64,000 bases of DNA from Dimorphilus gyrociliatus (lineage: Eukaryota > Animalia > Annelida), in assembly GCA_904063045.1 (NCBI GenBank), contig CAJFCJ010000004.1:1419713-1483712 (forward strand). The letters run 5' to 3'. Shown here piece after piece: positions 11,124-25,978 of this stretch (position 1 is the first letter of the stretch; every line of letters starts with the position of its first letter). The position numbers were made by a program, and so were the translations under genes. The notes under the pieces were generated by a model that had not been told where the DNA came from, did no database searches, and saw only the letters and a list, made by a program, of their open reading frames with translations.

Positions 11124-14100
11124 TTAACAATGACAAGCCCTATTCCATCGAATAGTAGCTATGTCAACAACAGCTATAAATATAATCATGGTTGCCAAGA
11201 TAAGACCACTTAAGAGTCCATATTTTTCAGCGTGCTTAGCTTCTTCTACTTCTATTTTTTTATTATTTACAACCGTTTCTGATAATGGAATGCATAATTT
11301 AGTAAACAAAGTTTTTCTTTTATATTAAAACTAAAAATAGTAAATATAATTACCTTGGCAGACATTCAATGTGTCATTCCAATTTCCATCGCTCAAACAA
11401 GCAATATTATATGAAGAAACGTTGGTTCTAAATGAATAAGATTGTAAGCATGAATACGTTATTATTGATCCGACAGCTCTGGCTTTCGAACTTAGTTCTA
11501 GATTTTCCCAAAACGGAATAAGTGGACACAAGATTTCTAAAGTGTTGAAAAACGGATATAAGTTACAAACTGTATTGTATTCTAAATTTGCATATAAACT
11601 ATACTGCTGTATAATATACAGTATATAAATATAAAGAAATAATTTTGTCTTGGTCTCTTTACTTACCTTGACAACTTACGTCATACTGTGAAATCCAAAT
11701 ACCTCTCAAACATTCAATTTGCATACTTTCTGATTTAAAAACTCTATCTTTTCTTAATAGTCTGAAATTAGGTTTGCATCTTATCCAGCAAGTTTTTCGT
11801 CCAATTTTACGTTCAATGCAAGAAAGTTTTGAATGAGAAATTATTTCCAATTTCGGACAGGGTATTGCTACAAGATGGACATGATGATTATTTAATAAAA
11901 AATGACAAAATGAGGATAGTTTTACTAAAAGTTAACAAGTTTTCTTACGTTTACAGGATGAGTATGGATACAACCATAAACCTTTTGTTGAACAAGTAGC
12001 ATTCATAACTGTAACACCCTTTTCAAAGTGATAACCACTAAGACAGATATATTGAACAGAATTCGCTCGTTTTGATAGTTTAAATGAATTATTGATATTT
12101 CTCAAGTTGCTTTGATTACAAATTATCTCTATTTATGTAATTATATTAAAATATTTTGTTTATACATGCTTTCAATATGTTTTAATAGCAAAATAAAAAC
12201 GGTTTATTTAACTACTTACGTCTACAAAATGGTTCTTTCCAGACTGTTTTTAAAGATTCATCGCAAGGTTGAATAAGCGTTGAGATAGTATTATTTAAAG
12301 ATATATGGTATCCTTTCGCACAATTAATTCTAACATACCAGTTATATTTATTATTTATACCACTTAGTTCTTCAAAGTAATCGATAAATACATAAGACTT
12401 TTCGTATTCTGATATATTCAATAAACATTTTAAAGCTATTGTATTTTGCAGAAGTATGTTTTTTTTTATAAAAAAAATGATGAATGAAAAATCAAACTTG
12501 GGATTTATTAAATTTATATCAATGCTTACGTAAACACGTTTCTAAAGATGTTATTTCCCATACTTTATTGACTTCATTACAAATTACATGTCCAGCCAAA
12601 ATATGCCCTGATTTTGTACCATATCCATTTTTACAACGAATGTCTCCAATGCTTATTAAACTTTTATTTACAGAGATATTATAATCCTGAAGATAAGGGA
12701 TTTTTCCACAATATGATAGATAATTTTCAATAAAGATTGGTTTATTTAATATACATAGTAAATTATTAAAAATCCATTTTCCAGAACTTAAACATTCATT
12801 TGAAACTTGAGTAAGACGAGAACCACTAAAATGAAATCCAACTTTACATATCATTATTATAATATCATTAGTATAATATATATATTTAGCAGGTTCTATT
12901 CGACCATTTATTAATTGTATATGTAAACAAGACTTATAATTAGGAGATGAAGTTGGTCTGGAAAAGTGTTCCACTGTTGATTAAAAGAAATTAAACGCAA
13001 TTAGAACAGTTTTTCTTTTTAATATCTATAAATTAACTCTTTATTACGAACTGTATGATGTTAAGGCGGAACTAATAGGCGTAGAGTTTTCTAATATTGT
13101 TTTCATCAATTTAGTTGATTGACTTAAGCTAACTGACGTTGTTATTGGTGATGTTGCAGCAGTATTTGTACTCTTTTCGGCTGAATGTTGATATTCAGAT
13201 GTTGTTGTTTCAAAAGAATTCTTTGAACATATAGGATTATAGAATAAATTATTCGAAAGAGATTCACGATTCAATTGACACATTACTCCATTCAATTTTG
13301 AACAATTTTCAATCAGCCAATTACTTTTATTTGAAACAAAATTACCACCTCCTTTTAACAAAAGGCATCCATCACTAGATATATTATCACTTATGTACAT
13401 ATCTTTAATGTCATTAACTTCTTGCACAAAAATATGTGATTTATTGTCGTAAAGAAGAGTATTATCTTTAAAATAAATATTAGTATTGTATTAATCAGTA
13501 TTATAATTATTAATTTTAAATACTTTTCATTATGGCACCCAACCAAAATCCATTTTCAATACTATTTTCAACTTGATTATAAGTAAGTGAATGAACAGCA
13601 AGATTCTCTCTTAAATTTTCTATACGCACAAGTGTAGTATTTATACTTTCGCAACAAAGTCTGGAAAATAGGTCTAATTTATATCCATTGTATATCGCTT
13701 AGTCATTACAGTGTGTTTAAGTTATTTCATTACTTTGCTTCTTGCCAGGTAAAGCCAACATTTAATGTATAACGACCAAAGCATTTCTTATCGTGACTTA
13801 TCCAACTTTTAGGGCAATTGATAGGCTGGCTAGCTGAGATACATAAAATATAAAAAGATGAATATCTTTGAATAGAATTCGATAATTACTTGAAGCTATT
13901 AGCGTTGTAATTCTATTCGAATGGGTTGTTACTAGATCATTTGAAAAACAAGACAAATTTTCACTTTTATTAAACGAAAAAGAGTTTGATTGTTGGCAAA
14001 TGACACCATTTAAGCTATCGCAACCATTTGACATCCAATTTTCTATTAATCCAGTTTTATTAAACTTCAAAAGAGTACAACCACTTTTAGGAATTAATTT

Positions 14101-16734
14101 ATCATAATACATGTCATTTAAGTAGGATACATTCTGATTATCAATTATTATATTATCTTCATCTTGATATCGAATATCATTATACTCAGCTGAAAATTAT
14201 AAATTTAATTAATTCTTGAAATTTATAACTTTTATTCTAGATATTCCATCGAATAGATTATCTAATTTCTTACTAAAATATCTTAATCCTAGCCAATAGC
14301 CATTAGTTATTTCGCCATTTTTCATATCTTTTATATAGTTTGCTAAGAAACTATTCTGATTTTTATTCGTTATTTTAACCAAACTTGAATTGAATAAAGA
14401 ACAGCATTCCCTATTGTTTGTATGTGTAGTATGTGTTTTTTTTTTAAAAAAAAAAGGATTAACATTGTTTAAAACTTTATAAATGAATTATATTAGTAAT
14501 ACACAGTATATATATATTACTTTGCTTCATTCCAAGTATATCCTTTCCTTGATTCGTCTATACCGTAACAATTACCATCGTAATAAATCCAGTTCTTTGG
14601 ACAGTTTATTACTTGAATTTTAATTAGATATTTTTAATTAGTATTCTTATTAATATATTCTGGCAAAAGTTGTATTACCTAAAGATGGAGAGGCAGTAGT
14701 TATAATAGTAGTGTCCTCTAGTGTAGATTGGGTTTTAGCACAAGAAAAGTTGGAATAGGAACTTTTTAGTGGTAATTGAATTTTCTGACATATGACACCA
14801 TTCAAATGGCTACAGTTAACCGACATCCAATTTTCAATTTCTTTCTGATCTTGTATAAACATTAATAGGGTACAACCCTGATTAGGTTCACTATCATCGT
14901 GGTACATTTCATTCAATGGAATATAATCCTTATCAATTATGATAGGTTTTTTATCGTCGTATCGATTTTTTAATATAAAATCTAAAATATTAAGAATGCT
15001 TTTGAATATTATGAAAGAGAACAGCAAAATTCAAACAAACCAAAATATTTAACACCCAGCCAATATCCGTTTGTCATCGTTCCATTCTTTTTATCTACAA
15101 TATAATCCGCAATAATAGCGTTCAGTGACGATGAGGATATTCTTAATAATGTAGAATTATATGATTGACAACAGTCCCTAGATGAAAAAAATTAACATTA
15201 AGAGAAATCATTAGAGATTTAATTAAAGAATTTACCAAGCTTCAGACCAAGTATAACCTGTTTGAGATTGATCAATTCCATAACAATAATTACCAAACGT
15301 TACCCACCCATCAGGACATAAGATAACTGATTCTGTTGTTTGTATTGTTGTCATAGCGTTAGTTGTGGTTTTTAAAATTTCGCAAGAAAAATTCGTCTGT
15401 GAACTTTGGCTATTTTCAATGGACGTTTCACATACAACACCATTTGATTCTACACAATCAACTCCTTTCCAATTTTCTGACGAAGGTTCGCCAGTATCAA
15501 ATTTTAGTATGACACATCCATTATTTGGTACTACATTATCATAAAACATATATTTTATATGTTGTCCATTGATTTTAGTGATAGTCTGATTTGTATCATA
15601 CGAAACATTGCCATCTTTGAACGAAAACAATTCATTTAAATAGTTTTCTTATTAAAAATTTCCACGTTATTTCCATACCTTTTGTTTGTATACCTAACCA
15701 ATGACCTTGAGTTTTACCAGCCGTACGATATTTACCTAAATAGGTTAATGCGTGTAGAACAGAATTTTCATCTTCCGACGTAATTCTAACTGGATGGGCA
15801 TTGAAATTTTCACAGCATAGCCTAAATTAACAAATTCAATAAAGAATCCCATTCCTAACTGTAAATAAACTTTCTACTTATTCTCATTCCATGTATAACC
15901 TTCATTAGACGTATCTACTGCATAACATTTATCGCCAACTTTTGACCAACCCGTAGGACAAGCAGGTGCGGGAGCTTTAAAAATAATTAATGCACAGCGT
16001 ATTAGAAAATGGCGTCAGTCTAATTCTGTTTTGTATTTTTAAAATAATGCTTTCTACTTGTTTGTATAGCAGTCGTCGTTTGCAAGCAATTCAAGTTTGA
16101 GGGTGCAAAATTTATCAAATCTGATTTAACTTGACAAACAACTCCATTACCACTACTACAATCGACACTTATCCAATTTTCCTTAATTCCACCAGAAGCA
16201 TCATATTTCAAAGCTGTACAACCAACTTCTGGCTCATTTAAATCATGATATAATTCTTTAATTTCAAGATTAAGCACTTTAACCAGAATATTATTATCGT
16301 AAAATGTCTGATCTAATCAATAAGAGATAAAGTACAAGTTCATTGAAGAAAGATCGAGAACAATAGAAAAGGATATCATACAAACTTGTGGTATAAACAC
16401 CCAACCAATGACCATGAACAATACCATTAGTCTCCAATTCAGCTATCATATCGAATATCTCGGAATTTTCGTCAGTATTTGTGATTCTAACTAAAGTCAT
16501 ATTATTAGTTTCGCAACATGACCTGAAATAAATAATATATTAAAAGTAAACTAGTAAAGAAGTCCACAAATGAATGATTAACTTTGCCTCATTCCAAGTA
16601 TATTGTGTCATTGATAAATCATAAGTATAGCAATTATGTCCAACATTTCTCCAATTGTCGCCATCATGTAAGCAAACATTCATTGATAATTTTACTATAT
16701 TCATGAGTATGAAAATTGAGTACAAATTGAGCAT
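11124..16734 (-). CDS. Multi-exon type-I membrane protein with 5 C-type-lectin-like domains and 6 sushi/CCP domains
   Basis: Signal-like N-terminus; five repeats of C-x-x-W…CY…[YF]TWxE…WLG…GC…NW…C…NGVxC[QE] separated by S/T-rich linkers; six CCP-like modules (C…C-x-x-G/N/S-[YF]…C…W…C); TM GLLSGLILATMIIFIAVV; short tail ending RWNRACHC*. Confidence 0.82.
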
Positions 16735-17215
16735 TGTTATGTTTTTTGGATAAAATGAAAATAGTAGTATAGAAATGTTTTGTAGTGTTTGTAGTTTATA
16801 TATTCAACAAACTATATGAAAAATGAATGGAAATATTATGCTCTTAGCTTCTTATAAGAAAAAAAAAACCAGTTTTTATCTATAAAGGCCATTACATTTT
16901 CAAAGTAAGATAATTTTACTAAATTTCTAGTAAAAATCGATCAATTCAACATTATATTTAAGTGTTCTTAGAATGATTTTCATTGAGATTATTTGACAAA
17001 CCTCTTTAGTTGTCTTATAAAATTTCTTTAATTAAAAAGCTTTGTCAGGAAAATTGTGATCAGAAGCTTTTCACCTTGATCTCTAATAACCCTTTTTCTT
17101 GATTATCAAAAGTCAATAATATTAAATATATTTTAAGATAGATGGCACTACTTGTCATTTAAGTTCTATAAAGTGGAGCAGACGACACATACATCCATTG
17201 CCAAAGTTCACAGAT

Positions 17216-18410
17216 ATGACTGCAAATCAAGTACTAGTTACCGGTGGCACCGGATTTGTTGCTTCGCAGGTTATTAAATGTTTTCTTGAAGGTGATTTCT
17301 TTGTCACTGCTAGCGTCCGTAATAAGAAGAATAAGAAGAAGATCGAACCCCTCTTGTCTCTGTGTACAAAAGCCGCAAAGCCTGCTGAACGTTTACAGTT
17401 AGTAGAGGCCGACCTTTTGAACTACGACGGATGGGAGAAAGCTGTACAAAATTGCTCTCTTGTTATTCACGTAGCCAGTCCATTTCCGGGTAGTGCCCCG
17501 AAAGATGAAAATGAAATAATCAAACCGGCTGTAGAAGGAACGCTTAACGTTTTGAAAGCTGCAGCAACAAATGATAATATTCACAAAGTTGTTTTAACTA
17601 GTTCAGTATCATCAATATCTGGTGGGTTCCAAGGTGGTGGTCCTTTCACCGAAGATCAATGGACAAATACAGGTGACAGTACGATTATGGCTTATGTGAA
17701 GAGTAAAACACTCGCAGAAAGGGCTGCTTGGAAATTTGTTGAGGAACAAAAGGAGAAAGTAGGCCGATGTTTTGATTTAGTAACAATCAACCCTTCGTTT
17801 ATTCTCGGACCTACACTATGTGGAACTGAATTTACTTCGATGGAGCCAATCAAAAGGATAATTGAGAGACAGATGCCATTGCTACCAAAATTGAATTTTT
17901 CCGTTGTTGATGTAAGAGACGTCGCTAAAGCCCACTTCATAGCAGCCACTGATGATGGACTAAAAAATGAACGCTTCATTCTACACAATGAAAATATTTG
18001 GATGCAGCAACTAGCGATCATTCTAGAAAAGGAGTTTAAATGGCAAGGTAACTGACTTTTTGCTCCCGAATAAAATAATCAACTATATATAGCATTTCTT
18101 TATTAAAGATAACCCTTTTCATATTCTCTTTCTAACAGGTTATAACGTTCCTACGACTGTAGCTCCTTCAGGGATAGTAAAACTTGTAGGATTCTTTGAC
18201 AAAACAATAAAAAATATCATACCAATGTTGGAAGTTGAAACGTACTACGACAATTCAAAAATGATAAATAAATTAAAATTACAACCAACTCCTGTTGATC
18301 AAACAATTATTGATATGGCTTATTCAATGATAGAATCAGGATTTGTAAAAAAAACTAGCAAATATAGAGGAATTCCACCTGGAAGTGACATAAACTGTGC
18401 GCATCTGTGA
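17216..18410 (+). CDS. NAD(P)-dependent epimerase/dehydratase, extended SDR (dihydroflavonol-reductase/aldehyde-reductase-like); exons 17216-18047, 18139-18410
   Basis: Rossmann motif VLVTGGTGFVA, HVASP, catalytic YVKSK, INPSFILGP, VDVRDVA; single phase-1 intron; TATAAAG at 17167. Confidence 0.92.
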
Positions 18411-19717
18411 TTTATTTAACTATAGATTATTCATTCTGTTGGTTTTCTTATCAATATAAAAATATTAAATATTTTTTGACAAGTATCTTTTATTAAATTA
18501 TTCATTATTTGAAGAATTTGTAAAAATATTAACAACTTTCTTCAAATCAACAAAAGTGAATGACATTTAAGAATGTCCCAAAAGAATTTAACTCATTTAT
18601 AGTATCACTTAATTTTATTTCAAATAGAGTCATTGTACTACTTTGAATATTTATTATTCCTATATTATTTTTTTATATATACTAAAAATGAAAAAGCTAT
18701 TTAAATTGACTTTTCTAGACAAAATCAATTTTCCATTTATTTTTAGATGGAAATATTTGTAAAAATAAAAAATAAGAAGCTTAGAAAATTCATAAGAAAA
18801 TTTGCAAGTCTAAAGAAATTTGTTCCCTTTTATTCTTGGCTTTTTCTCTTTTTACTTATTCTAACATCTTATACCATTCTCTTTTCCCTCCCTCTCCTCC
18901 TTCCTTTTTTTTTATATACTTATAATCTAAATCCTTGGAGTAAACTTTAAAATTGTTTAACATTAAAAGAAGAATATACCTTTCAATAAATTAATTAATG
19001 ATTATAATAATCTTATTAATAACGGTCGATTAATTAATTTTAATGAAATATGTTATTTTTTTAAGTATAAAATGGCAATCACCTGGAATCAGCTAGCTAA
19101 TCTCTAGCCTTCAATTTCATTCTTTGCTTAATGGGGTAAAAAGATGAAAAATTTGATATTGTATACTTGAAATATTAATATCTCACCGTTTTTTGAAAAC
19201 AAAATATCACTGTATTAAATATTTTACACCATCTTTTTTATTAAAATTAATAGATTTTTAAAGAGAAACACCTTCATTAAATATAATTTAATTCTATATA
19301 ATCAACTAATAATACGATATCAAGAATATTAAATATTTCTATTAAATTTAACAAAGCTATTAGTCCCCTTTATCAATCGTTTAATGGTATACCTATTAGA
19401 ATTGAAGCTTTCTTATCGGATACAGGTTTTTATCAGTTATGGGTAATTTCCTAACAAAACAATGGCTTTATTATCCTCATTTTACGATGTTATTTTTAGC
19501 ACTATTTATATACATATTTATATATCTTCCCAGATTATCGTCCCATCATGAATATCGTACAATCCCTGGATTACTAAAGTATCGCTACACCCTTATCTCT
19601 CCTCTCTATTAAATATATTGGAAATGGAAAGAGAGATGGATAACCGATATGTCCCATATAAAGAATATTTTTTTCTTGATGCCTTCGACAATGTGGAATA
19701 TCTGTAAGTGCAAAAAC

Positions 19718-20680
19718 ATGTCAATGAAATGAGTGTTGGCTACCGGAAGAACTGGTTTTGTCGCTTTACAAGTCTTTAAATGCTATCTTGAGATTGATGT
19801 CTCTGTTACAGCCTGTGTTTGTAATTCAGCATCAAGAAGGAAATCAAGCCCTGAACTTTTATGCTCAGATGAAAGTGACCTTTTGAACTGTGACACATTC
19901 GAATAAAAGGCGATACAAGACAATTATCATAACCTCCTATTCGATCGTTTTCTATAACTACCTCGAAGGATGAAACTGAGATAAATTAGGTAGTTATAGC
20001 AAGAAGAGAAACATTCTCAAGGCTGTCGCAACAGTTGCACTTTTCCATAAGTTGTTCGTACCAACTATGTATTATCGATTTCCAGTAGATTCGAAGCTGA
20101 TTGTCCATATACAGAAAATGATTGGACAAGAGCTAGTGATAAATCGACAATGGCATATACTAAAAGTAAGAATTCTTTGTGGATCTTTGGTTGCTTAGAT
20201 ATTCATTGAGGAACAAAATACAGAAAATAGGCCAATGTTTCGATTTAGTAACAATCAACCCTTCATTTATTCTTGGACCTACATTATTCGAAGGAGAATT
20301 CACTTCGATCGAACCCATCAAAAAGGATAATTGAAAAACAGATGCCATTTCCAACGAAAATTGAATTTTTTTCCAGTTGATATAAGCAACATCGTCATTC
20401 ATTTATTAAAAATGCAACTTGTTACTTGTCCAGACTAATTCAACATCAAAGAATATTTAACATAAATTTTCTTTAAATAAAACAATAGTCAATTGAATAT
20501 TGACTATCGAGAATTAAAATAGGATAAAAGCAACTCTATAGACATATCGACAGGTAAAATATCTATGAAAATAGCTTATTTAATGATAGAAAAAATGAGA
20601 TTTTGGAAAGAAACAAGTGAAAATAGCTAAAAAACAAAAAAATTCCACCTGTTAGTGACATTAATAACGCTCAATTATGA
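19718..20680 (+). pseudogene. Degenerate tandem copy of the extended-SDR gene
   Basis: Collinear similarity to 17216-18410 at the 5' end (gtgttggctaccggaagaactggttttgtcgct vs gtactagttaccggtggcaccggatttgttgct), the middle (identical 23-mer gatttagtaacaatcaacccttc at 17774 and 20242) and the 3' end (aattccacctg…agtgacat); early stop and frameshifts. Confidence 0.85.
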
Positions 20681-21025
20681 TTAGTAAATGTAATTATTCC
20701 AAGATAATTCTGTAATATTCAAGTGTCTCCTGTTTTTTGTATAACTAAATAACCAGACAGAATATGAAAAGATTATTTCTTGTTAGATTTTTTAACAGTA
20801 CTCTAACTAATAGTCTTACATAGTCTACATTTTAAAATAGAGTTCTTTTTATATTTGGACATAGGACTATGTGTGTAGTAATATAACACATTGAGAGGTG
20901 TCTAATTACGATAATATAGCGCCCTCTATTTGTCCTATCCAAAAAAAATAGTATCTCGTACACCAAAACTCTTACACAGTCGAAACTATCTGGTAGATTT
21001 TTTGATTTTGTTGATCAGTGCAAAA

Positions 21026-23366
21026 ATGCTTACATTAAAAAACTTTATAAACGGAGAATTTTATGACGCGGAAGATTATTTGGAATCAGAAAATCCATCA
21101 ACTGGAAAAATATGGGCGCAAGTACCGAATAGTAATGAAAGAGAGGTTAATGAAGCAGTTAATTCTGCCAAGAACGCCTTTCATAAGTAAAATTAATTTT
21201 TCTTTCGTGTCATAATAAAGAGTTAAAGATTATCTAATTTGCCATTCCCTATTCAATATCTTTGGTTTCTTTTTTTCTTAGATGGTCTAATATATCAGCT
21301 CAGGAGAGGTCAAGATATTTAATGAAAATCGCAGAGCTATTAGAAAAACGCTTAGAAGAATTTGCAATTGCCGAGTCAACGGATCAAGGAAAGCCGGTAT
21401 CATTAGCAAGAGCTGTTGATATACCAAGAGCCGTTTATAATTTTAGATTTTTTGCTTCAGTTATATTACATAACTTAGAAGAGTAAGTTAGATCCATCCT
21501 TGTTTACGTATTAACATTCATACCCATTACCAATATGTTGTGTGATAGTACTCTTTAGTAACTTACAGTTGTCTTAATACCAACAAAAAGATATGCATTA
21601 TATATACTGTATTCTTCGAAAAGCAGTATTGTTTAATGAGGCTTATTGTACCCTATTGTACGATTGTATTTCGGACGCAAATCATCCGTATAGGTTTTTG
21701 TAGATAACTCTGTAAATAGGTCAAAAAGTATTAAGTTTTAACTTTGTTTTTTTTAAAATGGAGTTTGTCGTTGTTATTCAGATTTGAGCTATTCAATTTC
21801 TCTATAATTGCTTAATTTATTTTAATAGTTCAGTATTCCAAGAGGAATTTGGTACTCTAAATTATACTCAGTCATGTCCAGTAGGGGTTGCTGGATTAAT
21901 TTCTCCATGGAATCTACCCTTATACCTTTTAACTTGGAAAATTGCTCCGGCCATTGCGGCTGGTTGTACGGTTGTCTGTAAACCGAGTGAAATGACTTCA
22001 GTTACTGCTTTTATGTTGTGTGAAGTGCTAAAACAAGCAGGTTTTTACCCTCTTTCCTCTTTCTAAATTAACAAAACTAATAGAACCTTGAACTTTGACT
22101 CAGAACTTCCGGATGGAGTTGTTAATATAGTTTTTGGCACCGGAAATCGGACAGGAAACGCTATTGTGAAGCATAGAGATGTACCATTAATTTCTTTTAC
22201 CGGTAGTACTGTAACAGCATCAAGAATCAGAGAAGGATCTACAGATTTATGCAAGAAATTTTCGTTTGAAGTAAGATTATTTCCAATTATGAATACTATA
22301 TAGTGGTCATACACATTTAAAAGTTATAGTTTGTGCTTTCCTCTATAATGAATTTTCTATAAAAAATAATTTAAAGTTAGGAGGAAAGAATGCAGCAATT
22401 GTATTTAAAGACGCAAATCTTGAAAATTGTTTTCCAGTTATTATGAAGTTTGTATAAATAAAATTCAGCACCCTACCCATTAAATGATTACTATTTTTTA
22501 TCTTATAGATCGTCATACGCTAATCAAGGAGAAATTTGTCTTTGTACAAGTAGAATATATGTTCAAGAAGAAATATTTGAACAGTTTATTTCAAAATACA
22601 TCGAATTAGCAAGGTAATTTCAAATTTCTTTTAATATCAAAATGTAAGTTGCAAGTAACTTTTTTAATTATATTTTCCATTCAAGGAATATAAAAGTTGG
22701 AGATCCTGAGGATCCTAATACCAATATGGGGGCATTGATAAGCCGACAGCATTATAATAAGGTCAAAAGTTATATTGATTTATCAAAGAAGATTGGAGGG
22801 AAAATTTTGTGCGGTGATGGAGTTGACGAATTAAAATTGCCTGAAAATTGCAAAGACGTAAATAATTTAACAATTTGTCTCCATTGATTACTTAAGATTA
22901 GACTAGTAAAATTTATTTCTTTCTATCTAAAATTTAGGGTTACTTTATACTACCGACCGCCATTACTAATGTAGCCGATGACTCACCGTTGATGCAAGAA
23001 GAAATATTCGGACCGGTAACTTGTATTGTTCCATTTAAAACTGAAGAAGAAGTTATAAAGAGAGCTAATAACAGCGATTATGGTCTATGTGCTAGCATTT
23101 GGTCAGAGAATGTCGGAACTATTCATCGAGTTGCTAAAGCCTTAAATGTAAGTGATATAACATTTGCAATATTCATATAAATTTGGCTATACTGTATATC
23201 AATCAATCAATAATAGGTTGGAACGGTTTGGGCTAACTGCTGGCTTATAAGAAATTTGAATATGCCTTTTGGAGGTATGAAAGAATCGGGAACTGGTAGA
23301 GAAGGAGCGAAACAAAGTCTAGACTTTTTTACAGAGAAGAAAACCATATGTGTAAAAATTAAATAA
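21026..23366 (+). CDS. ALDH8A1: 2-aminomuconic semialdehyde dehydrogenase (aldehyde dehydrogenase family 8), multi-exon
   Basis: [12 protein letters not shown] start, [44 protein letters not shown] split by an intron, catalytic-Cys segment [31 protein letters not shown]. Confidence 0.93.
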
Positions 23367-25978
23367 ATCTCTGACTATTAAAGAAAGGAATATCTTACGA
23401 TTAACATGATTTAGAAAGAAGTAATTTGGATGTAGATACATAGATAGGTAGATAGACAAAGAATAACCCCAATTATATGTAATGAATGATCTATAGAGAT
23501 ATTTAACATGTATAACAAAAAGCATGTAAATCTGTCCTGAACAAATATAATATATAACGTTATTAATCATTATAACGTCAATAATCAATCTTATCAATTT
23601 TCAAAGCATAAAACAATAGATCATAAGGAAAATATTTTTTTATTACATAATTAATATATTAGTTAAAAGATTAGTAAATAAGATTCTCTTTTGATGATAA
23701 TTTTGTGAATTGACCAATTATATTATAATTCTTATAAAAAAGATGAAAACCTGGTAGATAATCGTTATAAACATCATATTTGTCAAAGGAAATCGAAACG
23801 GCGACTCTTTTGTTAGCCTCTAGGATGTTAGTTTGATTATATTTGCTGACTGGCTGACTGGTGCCAAGATAAGGCTGATCCTAGCAAAATTCTCTAATAG
23901 TAGTAATGTCATTTTTTTTGTTTCATTTCTCTTTTACAATACTATTTTAATGATAATCTCATATTAAGTTTAGAAAACGCCTTTATTCCAATTAAAATAA
24001 AATAGTACGAGAAACCTAGGCCACTCCTTTTTTACTTTTCTCTTTTAGTTTGGTTATAATATATAGCTTTACTTAACGATTCTTATCAATAAACATCCTT
24101 ATCAATTCCATAATCATTGAGAAATTATTCGTTAATTGCCCTAAAAAAGGAAGTAAATATAAAGAAGTTTCATTACAAAAACATGAAAGTTAATATTTAC
24201 TCAATTTTGTTAATTTTTTTGCAGATTTCTATATCATTACATGACTTTTAGTCATTTTGTTGGGTGAAGGGGAGGGAAGGGGCGGAAAACAGGAACGGAA
24301 CATTCCCTATTTTTGCAAACTTTAAATGTTATTTAGACAATAAAAAACCTATTATAAATTACAATATATTTTTCCATATGAAACATGAATAACTCGATGA
24401 CTGTGTCCTCTTCTTTTTCCACAGTCAAAGGTTAAAACGCAACTATAGATGTCGCCACAGTTGGCGAATCGCAGAGCTACGTATCTGTAAGAACGCTAAA
24501 CGCATACGAAACGAAGACATCTCTCCGGAACGGTTGCCGAGCGAAATTCATATATATTTACATTTAGATTATTTATTACTGGACGGGCGTTGGATAAAGA
24601 AACACGAATTTTTGTGCCATCGTTCGTCGTTTTAAGATAATAAAATAAAATAAAGAACATTTTGATAACTTTTGGATTGTATAGTACAGAAAGAGTTGTT
24701 TCATCTCTTAGCTTTATAATCAAGGTTTGATAGAAAATTTCATTTCTTTTCGTTCGTAGCGATGTTACAATAAATTATTTTGCATTTGTGTGTTTTCTTA
24801 ATGTTCGCTTCTCTAAAACGATTCAGACAATTCACAAGGCTTTTTATTAATATAGGTAGATAAATAGTATATTAATATTTTACTAGTAAATTAATGTATA
24901 TATCTAAAGTATGAATGATGTATAATTTTTACATAAATAAAACGTTTCTCTTTCGCCAGACTTAGAGACTAGTCATTAGTTCCCCGCTGTTCTCTCAAAC
25001 CATGTTACTTAGAGAATACTCCTTAAATATTTGCATATTAGATTCTTACTGTAGAAAGACGTCTGTTTTAATTACTATTCTTCTTCTAATGCAGGATTCA
25101 AAGGCGTTCGAGTGAAGAATAGAATAAGAGACGCCAGAGGCATTTTAGAATTTGACGCCTCAGAGAGTTCCGACTTTTCCTTTGTCAAAATATTCTCATA
25201 TAGTGTAAGATAAGTTGACAAGTTTTGTTCAGTTTTGTTTAGAACAGAATAGTTCTTTAGCTCCGGCTTCCAAAATGATTTGTAGTCATTTTTTTTTCAA
25301 CAAAATTCAATTGTTTTGACGAGTTCAAAGGAACCAATCAAAATATTTACAAAATATCTATTAAAAGTAGTATTCTATTCTTTAATTATTTATACTAATA
25401 AAGTATTTTTATTCAATTTTTATATACAAAAACATAAAATAAACTGTAAACTAAAAAAGCATAAAAAAGAGTAAATATAGTTATTAAAAACGGTGCAAAC
25501 TAATCTCTAATTAAGTGACAAGCAATCTTTAAGTATTCTATTTGAAATAAAGAAATACTATTAATGATAATAGGAAGCCCTCAGGGATAATTTGAAGTGC
25601 CCTTCGACAAATAAGTCAGAATAGGAGGTTCTTTCTCTTCTCTTCGAAATTAGTTTTATTAGTCTTAATTATATTTTTATTTTTTTGAGCAAAACTGTAG
25701 TTTTAACATTTCTGCGTAGAAAAAGAGAAAAAAAAAACCAATTAAAAAATCTATTCGAATAAGAGAGTAGGAAGTGAAATGACAAGAGGTAGTATCAGGA
25801 AGGAAGATAGTAAGGGAGAGGAGATAGTGTGAGTCGTCGTGTAGTGATGCGTTGAACAAGTAAAAAGCCTTTTTTGTTATATTTATATCTAATTTTTTTA
25901 CGTATTGTTTGGAAACAGGCTATAGAAAAAAGGATACAGCTACATTTTTCCAGTTATATATCAGAATACACGATTATT

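Noticed and set aside
19535-19706. Exon-like segment upstream of the SDR pseudogene
   Set aside because: All three frames have stops and no similarity was recognised.
24496-24723. 75-aa minus-strand ORF
   Set aside because: TTG start right after a stop, no domain; plus-strand splice signals explain part of the region better.
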